Assembly (NCBI GenBank): GCA_046328115.1
Contig: JAXLXE010000005.1
Coordinates: forward strand, 75,597-139,596
DNA length: 64,000 nucleotides
Direction of reading: 5' to 3'
Source of the DNA: Chloroflexota bacterium
GTDB taxonomy: Bacteria > Chloroflexota > UBA6077 > JACCZL01
Shown: one piece after another, positions 52,680 to 61,695 of the stretch
Layout of the letters: the number at the start of each line of letters is the position of its first letter
Position numbering within the stretch: position 1 is the stretch's first letter
The notes under the pieces: generated by a model
Databases searched by the model: none
The model's input: the letters and a program-made list of their open reading frames with translations, nothing else
Told to the model about the DNA's origin: nothing
Made by a program: the position numbers and the translations under genes

Positions 52680-52708
52680 ATCGTACCGGCCGTCTCCAGC
52701 CGTGTCAA
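52680..52708 (-). promoter_or_regulatory. sigma70-like promoter for the small ORF/BNR operon
   Basis: On the minus strand, TTGACA (52708-52703), a 17-nt spacer, then TACGAT (52685-52680). The inverted repeat CCACGCG-N9-CGCGTGG (52643-52665) lies just downstream. Confidence 0.45.
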
Positions 52709-52824
52709 AAAGGCGATGGCGGCAGACGGCAACGGACCGGCATACCCGGAGGGAGGCGTAGTTCGTTACCCTACCGATGGGCTGCCGACCGCGGTGGCGG
52801 AGCTCCTGGCAGCCGGAGCAAGTA

Positions 52825-53100
52825 ATGCGCGTCCTGAGAGCATTGATGATCGGCGGGCTGCTGGTGGCGTTCGTCCTACCGCCCGGACTTACCTCTAGCG
52901 TGCTGCCGGCGGTGCACGGGGCCACCCTGCACGCCCCCTCCACGTTGCCCGTGCTCGACCACGACAATGGCAACGAGAACGACGACAACGCGAACGACAA
53001 CTTCGACAACAGCAACGACAACGGCGACGACGGGAACGACAACGGGAATGGCCGCCGCAACGAGAACAATCGGGTGGTGATCGTTCCGCCGTCCCGGTAG
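52825..53100 (+). CDS. 91-aa secreted peptide with Asn/Asp-rich tract
   Basis: MRVLRALMIGGLLVAFVLPPGL... is a signal-like N-terminus, followed by DHDNGNENDDNANDNFDNSNDNGDDGNDNGNGRRNENN. A hairpin GGCGTTTTGC/GCAAAACGCC lies at 53134-53154 downstream. Confidence 0.5.
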   Translation: MRVLRALMIGGLLVAFVLPPGLTSSVLPAVHGATLHAPSTLPVLDHDNGNENDDNANDNFDNSNDNGDDGNDNGNGRRNENNRVVIVPPSR

Positions 53101-53402
53101 CCGTCCCGGCCGGACGAGGCCGCTGGCCGGCGGGGCGTTTTGCAGCAAAACGCCTCTCGGATGATCGGGGTGGCATAGCGCGGCCGCGAGCTCGGAAGCC
53201 AACCGCTTCCGAGTTGTTTTCCTAGTTGGGGGCGTGCCGCTGAGGCTGGGATGCTTGTCGGGCGCGGGCGAGATCGCGCTGTGCACGCGGCCACCGAGAC
53301 GGCAACGGCCCCGGGGGTGCGCGTGTGGCGGAGTACGCTGATGGCTGCCACCCGGGGCGCGGCGGGTGGGTCGGAACCGCGTGGGGCGTGTGGCGCGGCC
53401 GG

Positions 53403-54173
53403 TCAGACGGAGCGGCGGTAGGCGGTGAACGCCCTGGTGGCGAAGACACAGGCTACCAGGGTGAAGGCGGCTAGCTGGCCGGCGTAGCGCAGCACGTCCG
53501 GGCCGTTGGTGCCCTGCATGGCGGCGCGGCCGCCCTCCACGGCCCAGTTCACGGGGTTGACGGCGGCGGCGGCCTGGATCCAGCCGGGCATGAGATCGGC
53601 CGCCATGTACGCGCTGGACAGGAAGATCAGCGGCATGCCGAAGAAGTTGACCACGGCGATGAGGGTCTCCTCCCGCCTGGCCAGTAGCGCGATGCCGCTG
53701 GAGATGGCGGCAAACCCTGACCCGAGCAGCCCGGCCAGAAGGATGAGCGCGGCGGCGCCGGCGATGCCGCCGGGCACACTGGCGCCGAGTACGAGCGCGA
53801 CGATGATGACGATGATGGACTGGACCGCCACGGTGAGGGCGGCGTGCAGCACGCGGCCGGCGATGATGGCGCCGCGCGGGACCGGGGTGGCGAGCATGCG
53901 GTCGATGACGCCGACCTGGAGATCATTGACCAGGCCCATGCCGGACCAGGCGGAGCCGAAGACGGCGTTCATGATGAGCACGCCGGGGGCGATGAACTCA
54001 ACGTAAGACGCGGCCTGAAAGCCGGGGATGTCCACCACTCGCTTGAAGAGCTGGCCGTAGAGGGTGAGCCAGATCATGGGCTGGACGAGCGTGACGGCGA
54101 TCCAGATGGGCATGCGGAGGGTGGTGCGGACGTGGCGCAGGAGCAGGTGGTACGTGGCGTTGGCAAAGATCAT
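53403..54173 (-). CDS. ABC-2 type transporter permease
   Basis: 256 aa with 6 hydrophobic helices. Its start overlaps the stop of the upstream ATPase gene. Confidence 0.85.
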   Translation of the reverse strand: MIFANATYHLLLRHVRTTLRMPIWIAVTLVQPMIWLTLYGQLFKRVVDIPGFQAASYVEFIAPGVLIMNAVFGSAWSGMGLVNDLQVGVIDRMLATPVPRGAIIAGRVLHAALTVAVQSIIVIIVALVLGASVPGGIAGAAALILLAGLLGSGFAAISSGIALLARREETLIAVVNFFGMPLIFLSSAYMAADLMPGWIQAAAAVNPVNWAVEGGRAAMQGTNGPDVLRYAGQLAAFTLVACVFATRAFTAYRRSV

Positions 54174-55162
54174 GCGCGGCCTCCCTGACGGACACTGACC
54201 GACGTCGCTGAGGCATCCAGGGCGTCCGACTCGAAGCGGTGGCCGGTGTAATGGAGGTAGACGTCGTCCAGGCTGGGGCGGGACAGTGAGATCGTGGCGA
54301 CCTGGGCGCCGGCCCCGGTGAGGCCGGTGACGACGGCCGGGATGGCGGAGGCGCCAGCACCGACGTGGGCGACGACCTGCCGGCCGACGATGGTGGCGTC
54401 GATGACGTCTGGCAGGGCGCGCACAGCCTCGACAGCGGTGGGGTTGGGCTCCACGAGCTCGGCGATGACGGTGTCTCCACTGACGGTGGCCTTGAGCTCA
54501 GCGGGCGTGCCGACGACGACGATCTTGCCGTGGTCGATGATGGCGAGTCGATCGCAGAGGCGGTCGGCCTCGTCCAGGTAGTGTGTGGTCAGCAGCACGG
54601 CCAGGTTACGCTCCTGCTTGAGGCGGAGAAGGTCGCGCCAGAGGGCGGCGCGGGTCTCCGGGTCCAGCCCGGTAGTGGGCTCGTCCAGGAAGAGCACGGC
54701 GGGCTCGGCAACGAGACCCATGGCCACGTCCAGCCGCCGTTTCATGCCGCCGGAGTAGGTGATCACCTGGCGATCGGCGACGTCTGAAAGGTCGACCCAC
54801 TCCAGTAGTTCGGAGACGCGGTCGGCAACGGCGGCGCGCGGCACGCGGAGGAGGTGGGCCTGAAGGGTGAGGTTCTCGCGGCCGGTGGAGAAACGGTCCA
54901 CCCCGGAGGCCTGGGCGACGAAGCCGATGCGGGCGCGGACCTGGTCCGGCTGGGCAGCGACGTCGAACCCGGCGACCGTAGCGCTGCCGGACGTGGGCTG
55001 GCTGAGGGTGGCGAGGATGCGGACGGTGGTGCTCTTCCCGGCGCCGTTCGGGCCGAGCAGGCCGAAGATCTCACCGCTGCCGACGTCGAAGGAGACGCCG
55101 TCTAGCGCGGTGACACCGCCGCGGTAGGTCTTGCAGAGGTCACGGACAACGATAGCGTGCAT
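54170..55162 (-). CDS. ABC transporter ATP-binding protein (DrrA-like)
   Basis: GLLGPNGAGKST (Walker A), YSGGMKRRL (signature motif), LFLDEPTTGLD (Walker B). ATG 55162 is preceded by GGGGAGGG. Confidence 0.9.
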   Translation of the reverse strand: MHAIVVRDLCKTYRGGVTALDGVSFDVGSGEIFGLLGPNGAGKSTTVRILATLSQPTSGSATVAGFDVAAQPDQVRARIGFVAQASGVDRFSTGRENLTLQAHLLRVPRAAVADRVSELLEWVDLSDVADRQVITYSGGMKRRLDVAMGLVAEPAVLFLDEPTTGLDPETRAALWRDLLRLKQERNLAVLLTTHYLDEADRLCDRLAIIDHGKIVVVGTPAELKATVSGDTVIAELVEPNPTAVEAVRALPDVIDATIVGRQVVAHVGAGASAIPAVVTGLTGAGAQVATISLSRPSLDDVYLHYTGHRFESDALDASATSVSVRQGGRA

Positions 55163-55201
55163 ACACCCTCCCCTGTATACTGGCATTCTGCTCGACAGGA
55201 T

Positions 55202-55224
55202 AATATCTTAGCGAGTAAGATATT
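55202..55224. promoter_or_regulatory. perfect inverted repeat in the divergent ABC / MarR intergenic region (putative MarR operator)
   Basis: AATATCTTA-gcgag-TAAGATATT, in the only strongly AT-rich stretch nearby. A possible promoter, TCGACA-18-TAAGAT, overlaps it. Confidence 0.5.
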
Positions 55225-55246
55225 TGCAAGGAGTGATTAGTTCGCG

Positions 55247-56326
55247 ATGGCGGACGGCGGTGACCGGGCGGGTGTTCAGCGGGCGCTTCACGGGGAGCTG
55301 CGGCGGGGCGGGCTCTGCTGGGGACTGTTCACCCACGCGGCGGCCGCCAGATTGGGCATGAACGCCACGGATCTCCAGTGCCTTGACCTCCTGGCAGCGT
55401 CCGGGCCGCTGACCGCGGGGCAGATCGCGGCCCAGACAGGGTTGTCCACCGGCGCGGTGACGGGCGTGGTGGATCGCCTGGTGGAGGCAGCCCTGGCACG
55501 GCGCGCGGTCGATCCGGCCGATCGTCGACGGGTGATGGTAGAGGTCGTGGATGGCTCCTCCAACGCCGTAGCGGACGTCTACGCGCCCCTCTCAGGCGCT
55601 GCCGCCGCGCTGATGTCACGGTATGCCGCGGAAGAGCTCGCTACGGTGCTGGATTTCGCCCGCGAGTACCACGCGCTGCTGCTGGACGAGTCCGCCAGGC
55701 TGCGGGCGGAGTCGACGATGCCGGCAGCCGGGACGGGCGAGCTGGCGACGCCGCTGGGCCCCGTGCAGGCGGGTGAGCTGATCGTGAGCGCGGGGCACAA
55801 GCTGATCGTGGACTCCGACCCGGCCCAGTCATCGCTGTACCGCGCACAGTTCTACGGGGTGGTGCCTGACGTGCGGGTGGAGGGCGGGACGGTGACGGTG
55901 ACGGCGCGGGGCAGCACGCCGCCGCACGGCGCGGCGCGGATCACCCTGCACGCGGGCATCCCCTGGCACGTGCGGCTCCAGGGCGGGGTGTCGCGTTTCA
56001 CGCTGAATCTATCGGGGCTGGATCTACGGACGCTGGAGATTGGCGGTGGGGCGAGCCGGGGCATGGTGACGCTGCCGGTGCCACGAGCCGGCCTGCCGGT
56101 GCGGATCTCCGGCGGAGCGCGGCACGTGAACGTGACGCGGCCGGCCGCCGCCGGCCTGCGGCTGCGGATCCACGGCGGGGCGAGCCGACTGATGGTGGAT
56201 GGGCAGCGGCTGGGCCGAGTGCAGGGAGCTACGGAGTGGCGCAGCGCGGCCGGCGGTGATGCAGGGGCGTTCGTGGACGTGGAGGTAAGCGGCGGGGCGA
56301 GCGCGGTGACGTTCGAGACGAGTTAG
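55247..56326 (+). CDS. MarR-family winged-helix regulator fused to a C-terminal repetitive beta-rich domain (LiaF/DUF4097-like)
   Basis: LTAGQIAAQTGLSTGAVTGVVDRLVEAALARRAVDPADRRRV is MarR-type. The C-terminal ~190 aa carry repeated GG(A/V)SR/V(T/N)V motifs. Confidence 0.75.
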   Translation: MADGGDRAGVQRALHGELRRGGLCWGLFTHAAAARLGMNATDLQCLDLLAASGPLTAGQIAAQTGLSTGAVTGVVDRLVEAALARRAVDPADRRRVMVEVVDGSSNAVADVYAPLSGAAAALMSRYAAEELATVLDFAREYHALLLDESARLRAESTMPAAGTGELATPLGPVQAGELIVSAGHKLIVDSDPAQSSLYRAQFYGVVPDVRVEGGTVTVTARGSTPPHGAARITLHAGIPWHVRLQGGVSRFTLNLSGLDLRTLEIGGGASRGMVTLPVPRAGLPVRISGGARHVNVTRPAAAGLRLRIHGGASRLMVDGQRLGRVQGATEWRSAAGGDAGAFVDVEVSGGASAVTFETS

Positions 56327-56452
56327 CGGGGTCGTATCCGCGATGGAGCGGGGCTGGCGCGCGTGAACACCCGCCCCAGCTCACGCTTCCCTGAAGCGTC
56401 GCGGGCCCACGGGGACAAGGAGTTGTGTATCGCGGCGTGAGCGTCACGCGGC

Positions 56453-57448
56453 CTAGTGGCGGGACGGGGAGGGGGTATACCGGGAGCCCACCCAGACGCT
56501 CTGGTCTGGCTGCTGGGAATCGTAGCGGATGTCTGAGATATCGCCCGGCTGCCAGCGGTCGGCCACTGCCCCCACGGGGTGGCTCCTGGCCTCGTGGGTG
56601 ACGCCGTGGTGGTCGCGGTAGGTGTAGTGAATGCGGCGCTTGGTCTCGCCGTTCACGCGGATGGTGGTCATGACGACGGCGGTGACCTGGCCGGCCGCCT
56701 CCAATCCGGTGCGGAGGATGCGCCAGTCGGCGCTGGCACGGTGCCAGAAGCGAGCCGCGAACGTGCCGCCAACCCCGGAGGCGAGGAGCCCAATGAGCGC
56801 GGCGATGAGAACCTCGCCCCAATCGTCGCCGTCGTCGACGCGGCTCGTGGTGGGGTCAGCGCGCAGGTAGAGCATGGGGACGCGCTGGCCAGGCTGGAGG
56901 CGATCCCAGAGGCCCAGACTTATCTGCTCCCGGCTTGCCAGGGTGCGCCCGCCGGGTAGCGCCATCTCCACCTGAGCGTAGTAGCGCGGCGATTTCCCGG
57001 CGACACGCGTCTTCTCGATCACGATGCCTGAAGTCCGCTCGCCGTCTGACTGGTAGCGGAGCTCGGTGATGGCCTGGCCGATCGCGAGAACGGAGGTGAC
57101 GGTGCCAAAGACGACGGCGATGGCGAGGGCGGGCCAGAACCAGATGGTGCGCGTGAGGAGGGTGACGAATCCGACGGACTCTGCCGGACCGGACAGCAAT
57201 GGCTCTGGGGCTGGCTCCGCCTGGGTCGCTTCGTTGCGCGTCCACGAGCCGCCGCGGCTGACTCGGATGAACCCGTGGATCATGAGGAACAGGGCGAACA
57301 GCGCCAGCGGAACCAGGAACGCCAACGCCGTGAAGGCGTGTGCCCCCAGTGCCCAGACGATGGTGGCAGTGACGCCGCCATCTACGGCGAGGATGAAGGT
57401 TGCGACGAGAATCTGGACCAGGGGCGATGCGGGGCGGGCACGTCTCAC
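56453..57448 (-). CDS. membrane protein with two DUF3592-like domains
   Basis: GTG start and hydrophobic helices. Two segments of the type G.V....(beta)...Y.Y...G...W.PGD...Y are typical of DUF3592. Confidence 0.6.
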   Translation of the reverse strand: MRRARPASPLVQILVATFILAVDGGVTATIVWALGAHAFTALAFLVPLALFALFLMIHGFIRVSRGGSWTRNEATQAEPAPEPLLSGPAESVGFVTLLTRTIWFWPALAIAVVFGTVTSVLAIGQAITELRYQSDGERTSGIVIEKTRVAGKSPRYYAQVEMALPGGRTLASREQISLGLWDRLQPGQRVPMLYLRADPTTSRVDDGDDWGEVLIAALIGLLASGVGGTFAARFWHRASADWRILRTGLEAAGQVTAVVMTTIRVNGETKRRIHYTYRDHHGVTHEARSHPVGAVADRWQPGDISDIRYDSQQPDQSVWVGSRYTPSPSRH

Positions 57449-57481
57449 AGCGGTGGCCTCGCGATCTTCGAGATGACTCGT

Positions 57482-57537
57482 TCAGAGATCAGCACGTCAG
57501 AGATCAGCACGTCAGAGATCAGCACGTCAGAGATCAA
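57482..57537. repeat. 15-bp perfect tandem repeat, about 3.7 copies
   Basis: TCAGAGATCAGCACG occurs three times (57482-57526), followed by the partial copy TCAGAGATCAAC. The repeat is intergenic and lies 34-90 nt upstream of GTG 57448. Confidence 0.9.
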
Positions 57538-57606
57538 CAGCGCGCGGGGGCTTCAGTGACGTAGACGCCAGATGTGTTGGCACGGATCCGCATCGGGCGG
57601 CGCAAC

Positions 57607-60600
57607 CTATGCCACGGCGCGCGGCCGCGCACCCAGGTGCCTGGCGAGCGTCTTGCGGAGGACCTCGAGCCGGACCGGCTTGACCATGAAGTCATCCATG
57701 CCAACCTCTAGGCATCGGTCCTCGTTGCCGTTGAGCGCGGCGGCGGTCATGGCAATGATCGGAACGCGCGGGGAGCGGGACTCAGTCTCGTGAGCACGGA
57801 TCCTGGTGGTGGCCTCGAAGCCATCCATCTCCGGCATCTGGCAGTCCATCAGGATGGCGTCATAGCGTTTAGCGGATGCGGCGGAGACCGCCTCTCGCCC
57901 GTTGTTGGCGATCTCCACCTGGTAGCCAAGGCGGGAAAGCATGCGGGACGCGACCTGCTGATTTACCAGGTTGTCTTCCACGAGCAGCAGCATGGCACGC
58001 GGCCCACCCCTGGAGGCCGCGGTGGACCGCGTGATCGCTGGCTCAGGCGGCTGCTCGGAAGCGTCGGGGATGGCGAGCTGGACGGTGAACCAGAACGTGC
58101 TGCCGGTCCCAGGGGCGCTCTCCACCCCAATGGTCCCGCCCATGAGCGTGACGATTCGCCGGCAGATGGTGAGCCCGAGACCGCTACCGCCGAATCTGCG
58201 GGTTGTTGAGCTGTCCTCCTGGACGAATGGGTCAAACAGCCGTTGCTGGGCGTCCGGCGCGATGCCGATACCGCTGTCACTGACCTCCGCGCGGAGGGTG
58301 ACACGACCGTCTGGGCTGGGCACGGCCGACATACGCACGTGGACGGAGCCTTGATCGGTGAACTTGATGGCATTCCCGACGAGGTTGAGCAGGACCTGGC
58401 GCAGACGAGTGGGGTCGCCCACGGTCTGATCTGGTACCGATGGCTCGACACTGGACGTCAGCGCGATCTGCTTGCGGCCGGCCTCAATGCGGAGGAGTGT
58501 GAAGACTTCACGCAGGATCCAGCGCGGGTCGAGGTCGGTGTGCTCGAGTTGAAGCATGCCGGCTTCGATCTTGGACAGATCAAGGATGTTGTTGATGACG
58601 GCGAGGAGCGCCTCCGAGCTGCCACGGATAGTGTCCGCATATTCGCGCTGAGCAGCGGTGAGGCGCGTATCCAGCAACAGGTCCACCATGCCGATAACGC
58701 CGTTGAGTGGGGTGCGGATCTCGTGGCTCATGGTGGCCAGGAAATCGCTTTTCGCCTGATCGGCGGCGGTCGCGGCGCGCGCCAGGGTCTCCGCGTTGCT
58801 CGCGGCGATCTGGAACGCCTCATTGGCGTCAGCGAGCGATCGGTAGAGCGAGGCATTGCGGATGGCGATAGCGGTCTGAGCGGCAAACGCATCGAGAAGC
58901 TGGCGATCGTCGTCGTTGAACCGCACGGGGGCGGGCCCCGAGATGACCATGATGGCCAGGAGGCGTCCATCGAGCATGATGGGGCGACCCCAGAAGCTCA
59001 GGAGGCCGTTCTCGACACACCAGTCCTTGGCGATGATGCGGTCGTCCCCGAGGACATCGTCGATTACGAGCTCCTGTCGATTGCGCGCGATCCAGCCGGT
59101 GGCGCCGGTCTCATAGCCATTGGTCTCAACGGGGAACGCGTTCGGGCGCGTGCGGTCCACGGTGTCGGCGCGCGTCAACAGCTGCCTCTCGTCGTCCGCG
59201 AGCCAGAGGGAGACCCACGGGACGCCGGCGAGCTCCGCGGCGGCCCGCATAATCTCCGGCAGCACCACGTCCATGTCCAGGCTTGAGGAGATGAGACGGT
59301 TGAGCCGGGCGAGCGTGCGGAGCTGGGCTACCCGTCGCTCCTGGAGCTGGTGGGCGCGGGCGTTCTCAATGGCAACGGCGGCATGGTTGCCGAGATCGCG
59401 GAGCACCGCGGCGTCATCGTCCGTAAACGGGGCCTGGTCGGCCGTGCGGGTGAGTCCCACAGCCCCGAGCAGACGGCCGCGGAACAGGATCGGAGCGCCG
59501 ACGACACGGGCAACCTCCGGGTGCTGATTCAGCACCTGGTGGGTTTGGCGGGCGGCGTCCATCTGGTTCTCGACGACGGGCTCTTTGCGCTGGATCGCGC
59601 GTCCGGCGATGCCCTGGCCCGGGGCCAGGACCAGGCTGCCTACCCAGTCATCATGGCCCTTCCAGGTGCGTGGCACCAGCACGCCGCGAGCCTCATCCCA
59701 CACGTAGATCGCGCCGGCCGGTGTGTTGATGAGGCGGCATGCGGACTCCAGGACGTGTCGCAGCACGGAGTCAAGATCTCGCTCACCCACGAGCTCGGCC
59801 AGCAGGGCGCTCATGGACTCGAGCCGGCGCGTTCGCTCCTCCAGCTCGCCGAGCATCGCGCGGCTATCCGAGACGTCCGTGAAGGCGCCAACCCAGCCGG
59901 CAAAGCTGCCATCCGGGTGGTGCCTGGGCGACGATTCGGCGCGAATCCAGCGGTGCGTGCCATCGGCGGCGCGGACACGGCAGGTCATGGTGAACGGTTC
60001 ACGGTTCTGGCGCGCCTGCACGAGTGCATCCGCGACGAGCGCGCGGTCTTCGCGATGAATAGCGTGGCGCCAGCCCCAGCCCAGGAGGTCCTCACGCTGA
60101 CGGCCGAGGAACTCTGCCATGGCGGGGCTGGCGTAGGTGATGCTACCGTCGGGAGCTGCTGTCCACACCCGCAAGGGCGTGTCCTCCGTGAGCAGTTCGA
60201 ACGTGGAGCCGGCAGACTGATCCGCGCTCACGATCTCGCGAATCGTGCCGCGCGGGCGCCCGGACTCGCTGGCCCGCCAGGCCCTGATCTCCAGGTGGCG
60301 GTTGGGCCGATCGGGAAGCCAGACGCGCACGTGCGTGGCCAGCGCGCGACCGTCGCGACTCACAGACCGCAGATGGTGCGCCAGGCGCTCGCGATCGTGT
60401 GGGTGGATGCAGTCGAGCAGGTCCTCGAGCGAGCGGGGCGGATGGGCCGGCTGGCCAAGCAATGCGGCCGTACGAGAACAGCAAGACCAGCCGCCTTGTT
60501 CGTTGATCCACCAGGTACCAGCCTCGTCCGGGGGATTGGCGTCTACCCGGCTTTCGCCCACGCGTGTATGCCCCGTCACCGCGGGCGCTCCAGCCAGCTT

Positions 60601-60615
60601 CATCCGCCTCCGCAC
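57607..60615 (-). CDS. hybrid sensor histidine kinase (PAS, 2x GAF, HisKA, HATPase_c, receiver)
   Basis: H-box [15 protein letters not shown]-boxes DSGIGI and GGSGLGL, and a C-terminal receiver domain (LLLVEDN...[14 protein letters not shown]...KP). Confidence 0.9.
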   Translation of the reverse strand: MRRRMKLAGAPAVTGHTRVGESRVDANPPDEAGTWWINEQGGWSCCSRTAALLGQPAHPPRSLEDLLDCIHPHDRERLAHHLRSVSRDGRALATHVRVWLPDRPNRHLEIRAWRASESGRPRGTIREIVSADQSAGSTFELLTEDTPLRVWTAAPDGSITYASPAMAEFLGRQREDLLGWGWRHAIHREDRALVADALVQARQNREPFTMTCRVRAADGTHRWIRAESSPRHHPDGSFAGWVGAFTDVSDSRAMLGELEERTRRLESMSALLAELVGERDLDSVLRHVLESACRLINTPAGAIYVWDEARGVLVPRTWKGHDDWVGSLVLAPGQGIAGRAIQRKEPVVENQMDAARQTHQVLNQHPEVARVVGAPILFRGRLLGAVGLTRTADQAPFTDDDAAVLRDLGNHAAVAIENARAHQLQERRVAQLRTLARLNRLISSSLDMDVVLPEIMRAAAELAGVPWVSLWLADDERQLLTRADTVDRTRPNAFPVETNGYETGATGWIARNRQELVIDDVLGDDRIIAKDWCVENGLLSFWGRPIMLDGRLLAIMVISGPAPVRFNDDDRQLLDAFAAQTAIAIRNASLYRSLADANEAFQIAASNAETLARAATAADQAKSDFLATMSHEIRTPLNGVIGMVDLLLDTRLTAAQREYADTIRGSSEALLAVINNILDLSKIEAGMLQLEHTDLDPRWILREVFTLLRIEAGRKQIALTSSVEPSVPDQTVGDPTRLRQVLLNLVGNAIKFTDQGSVHVRMSAVPSPDGRVTLRAEVSDSGIGIAPDAQQRLFDPFVQEDSSTTRRFGGSGLGLTICRRIVTLMGGTIGVESAPGTGSTFWFTVQLAIPDASEQPPEPAITRSTAASRGGPRAMLLLVEDNLVNQQVASRMLSRLGYQVEIANNGREAVSAASAKRYDAILMDCQMPEMDGFEATTRIRAHETESRSPRVPIIAMTAAALNGNEDRCLEVGMDDFMVKPVRLEVLRKTLARHLGARPRAVA

Positions 60616-60735
60616 TCACGCCCCCCCTTGGAGAATCAACGTGCGTCGTCATTGCTGCTCGTGTCACCAGGAAAAACGGTGACGGGACGCGGAACGGCCC
60701 GGTGCAAAGCGCCACGGCCGTGACGGAAGCACGCG

Positions 60736-61638
60736 TCAGCGCGGGTGTGTGAGCTTTGGGAAGAGGACGCGCGCGGTGTGGTCGATGCCGCAGTGGGCTG
60801 ACTGGCCGATGCGGACGTCGCCGCGAGCGGTGATGAGCAGGAAAGCGTCCGCGCGGCTGACACCGAGGCGCTCGCCAATGAAGGTGGCCATCTCCACCAC
60901 GGCGATCCGCACCGCCTCATCCAGCGTGTCAGCCGTGCCGTAGGTGACCCAGTGACCTGGCAGCTCAAACCAGGGACGCGACGCGCCGGCGCCGGGCACC
61001 ACGTCCACCCGAATGGTCACGCGGCCGCAGATCTCGACGGCCGTGCCGCTCACTTCGCCATCACCCATACTGGCATGGACGTCACCCAGGGCGAGCAGGC
61101 CACCCTCGAGCCAGACCGGGAGATGGGCGACCGTGCCCACGGTCATGTCCGTGAAGTCGAGGTTGCCGGCGTGGATGCCGGGCAGGGCGGTGGGGTAGGG
61201 CCCATCCGCCGGGCACGTGCCGATGACGCCGACCATGGGTCGGGTGGGGAAGCGGATGCCGTGGGGGGTGACGAGGTCCTGGCCGTCCACCCGGAAGATC
61301 ATGCCGTGGAGCTCGGAGATCTCGTCGCGCATGACGCCGTGGCCGGGGTTGAGTCGGGCCCAGCCAACATCTCCCAGCTCGATGGCGAGGATCTCCACCC
61401 GAAGCTCGTCGCCGGGCCGGGCGCCCTGGACGTAGACGGGTCCAGTGGCCGGGTTGACGCGGGCGGGATCACGGGTGCGGGTATAGAGGGCGATGTCTTC
61501 GTGTCGGCGGATCCGACCGGAAGAGGCGTCTAGCGTCTCGAAGATGATGGTGGCGCCACTGGGCGCCGTCGCCACGGGCGGGATGCCCGGGCCAAAGGCG
61601 TAGGTGATCTGGTCGCGGGTGAGGATGAGCGTGGACAC
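60736..61638 (-). CDS. acetamidase/formamidase family protein
   Basis: 300 aa with a GTG start. NPATGPVYVQGARPGD and GDVHASMGDGEV are typical FmdA/AmdA-family segments. Confidence 0.8.
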   Translation of the reverse strand: MSTLILTRDQITYAFGPGIPPVATAPSGATIIFETLDASSGRIRRHEDIALYTRTRDPARVNPATGPVYVQGARPGDELRVEILAIELGDVGWARLNPGHGVMRDEISELHGMIFRVDGQDLVTPHGIRFPTRPMVGVIGTCPADGPYPTALPGIHAGNLDFTDMTVGTVAHLPVWLEGGLLALGDVHASMGDGEVSGTAVEICGRVTIRVDVVPGAGASRPWFELPGHWVTYGTADTLDEAVRIAVVEMATFIGERLGVSRADAFLLITARGDVRIGQSAHCGIDHTARVLFPKLTHPR

Positions 61639-61695
61639 GGCCAGAGGGTACTCCCTCTGGCCGCGGATGTGCAGCGGGACGGGGCGACCGGGGAA

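Noticed and set aside
55995-56007. parS-like half-palindrome GTTTCACGCTGAA
   Set aside because: It is interrupted relative to the canonical TGTTTCACGTGAAACA, lies inside the MarR-fusion CDS, and is more than 20 kb from parAB. It is most likely chance.
58243-60723. 347-aa and 457-aa plus-strand ORFs
   Set aside because: They are antisense to the hybrid histidine kinase gene, which has an unambiguous H-box, G-boxes and receiver domain.
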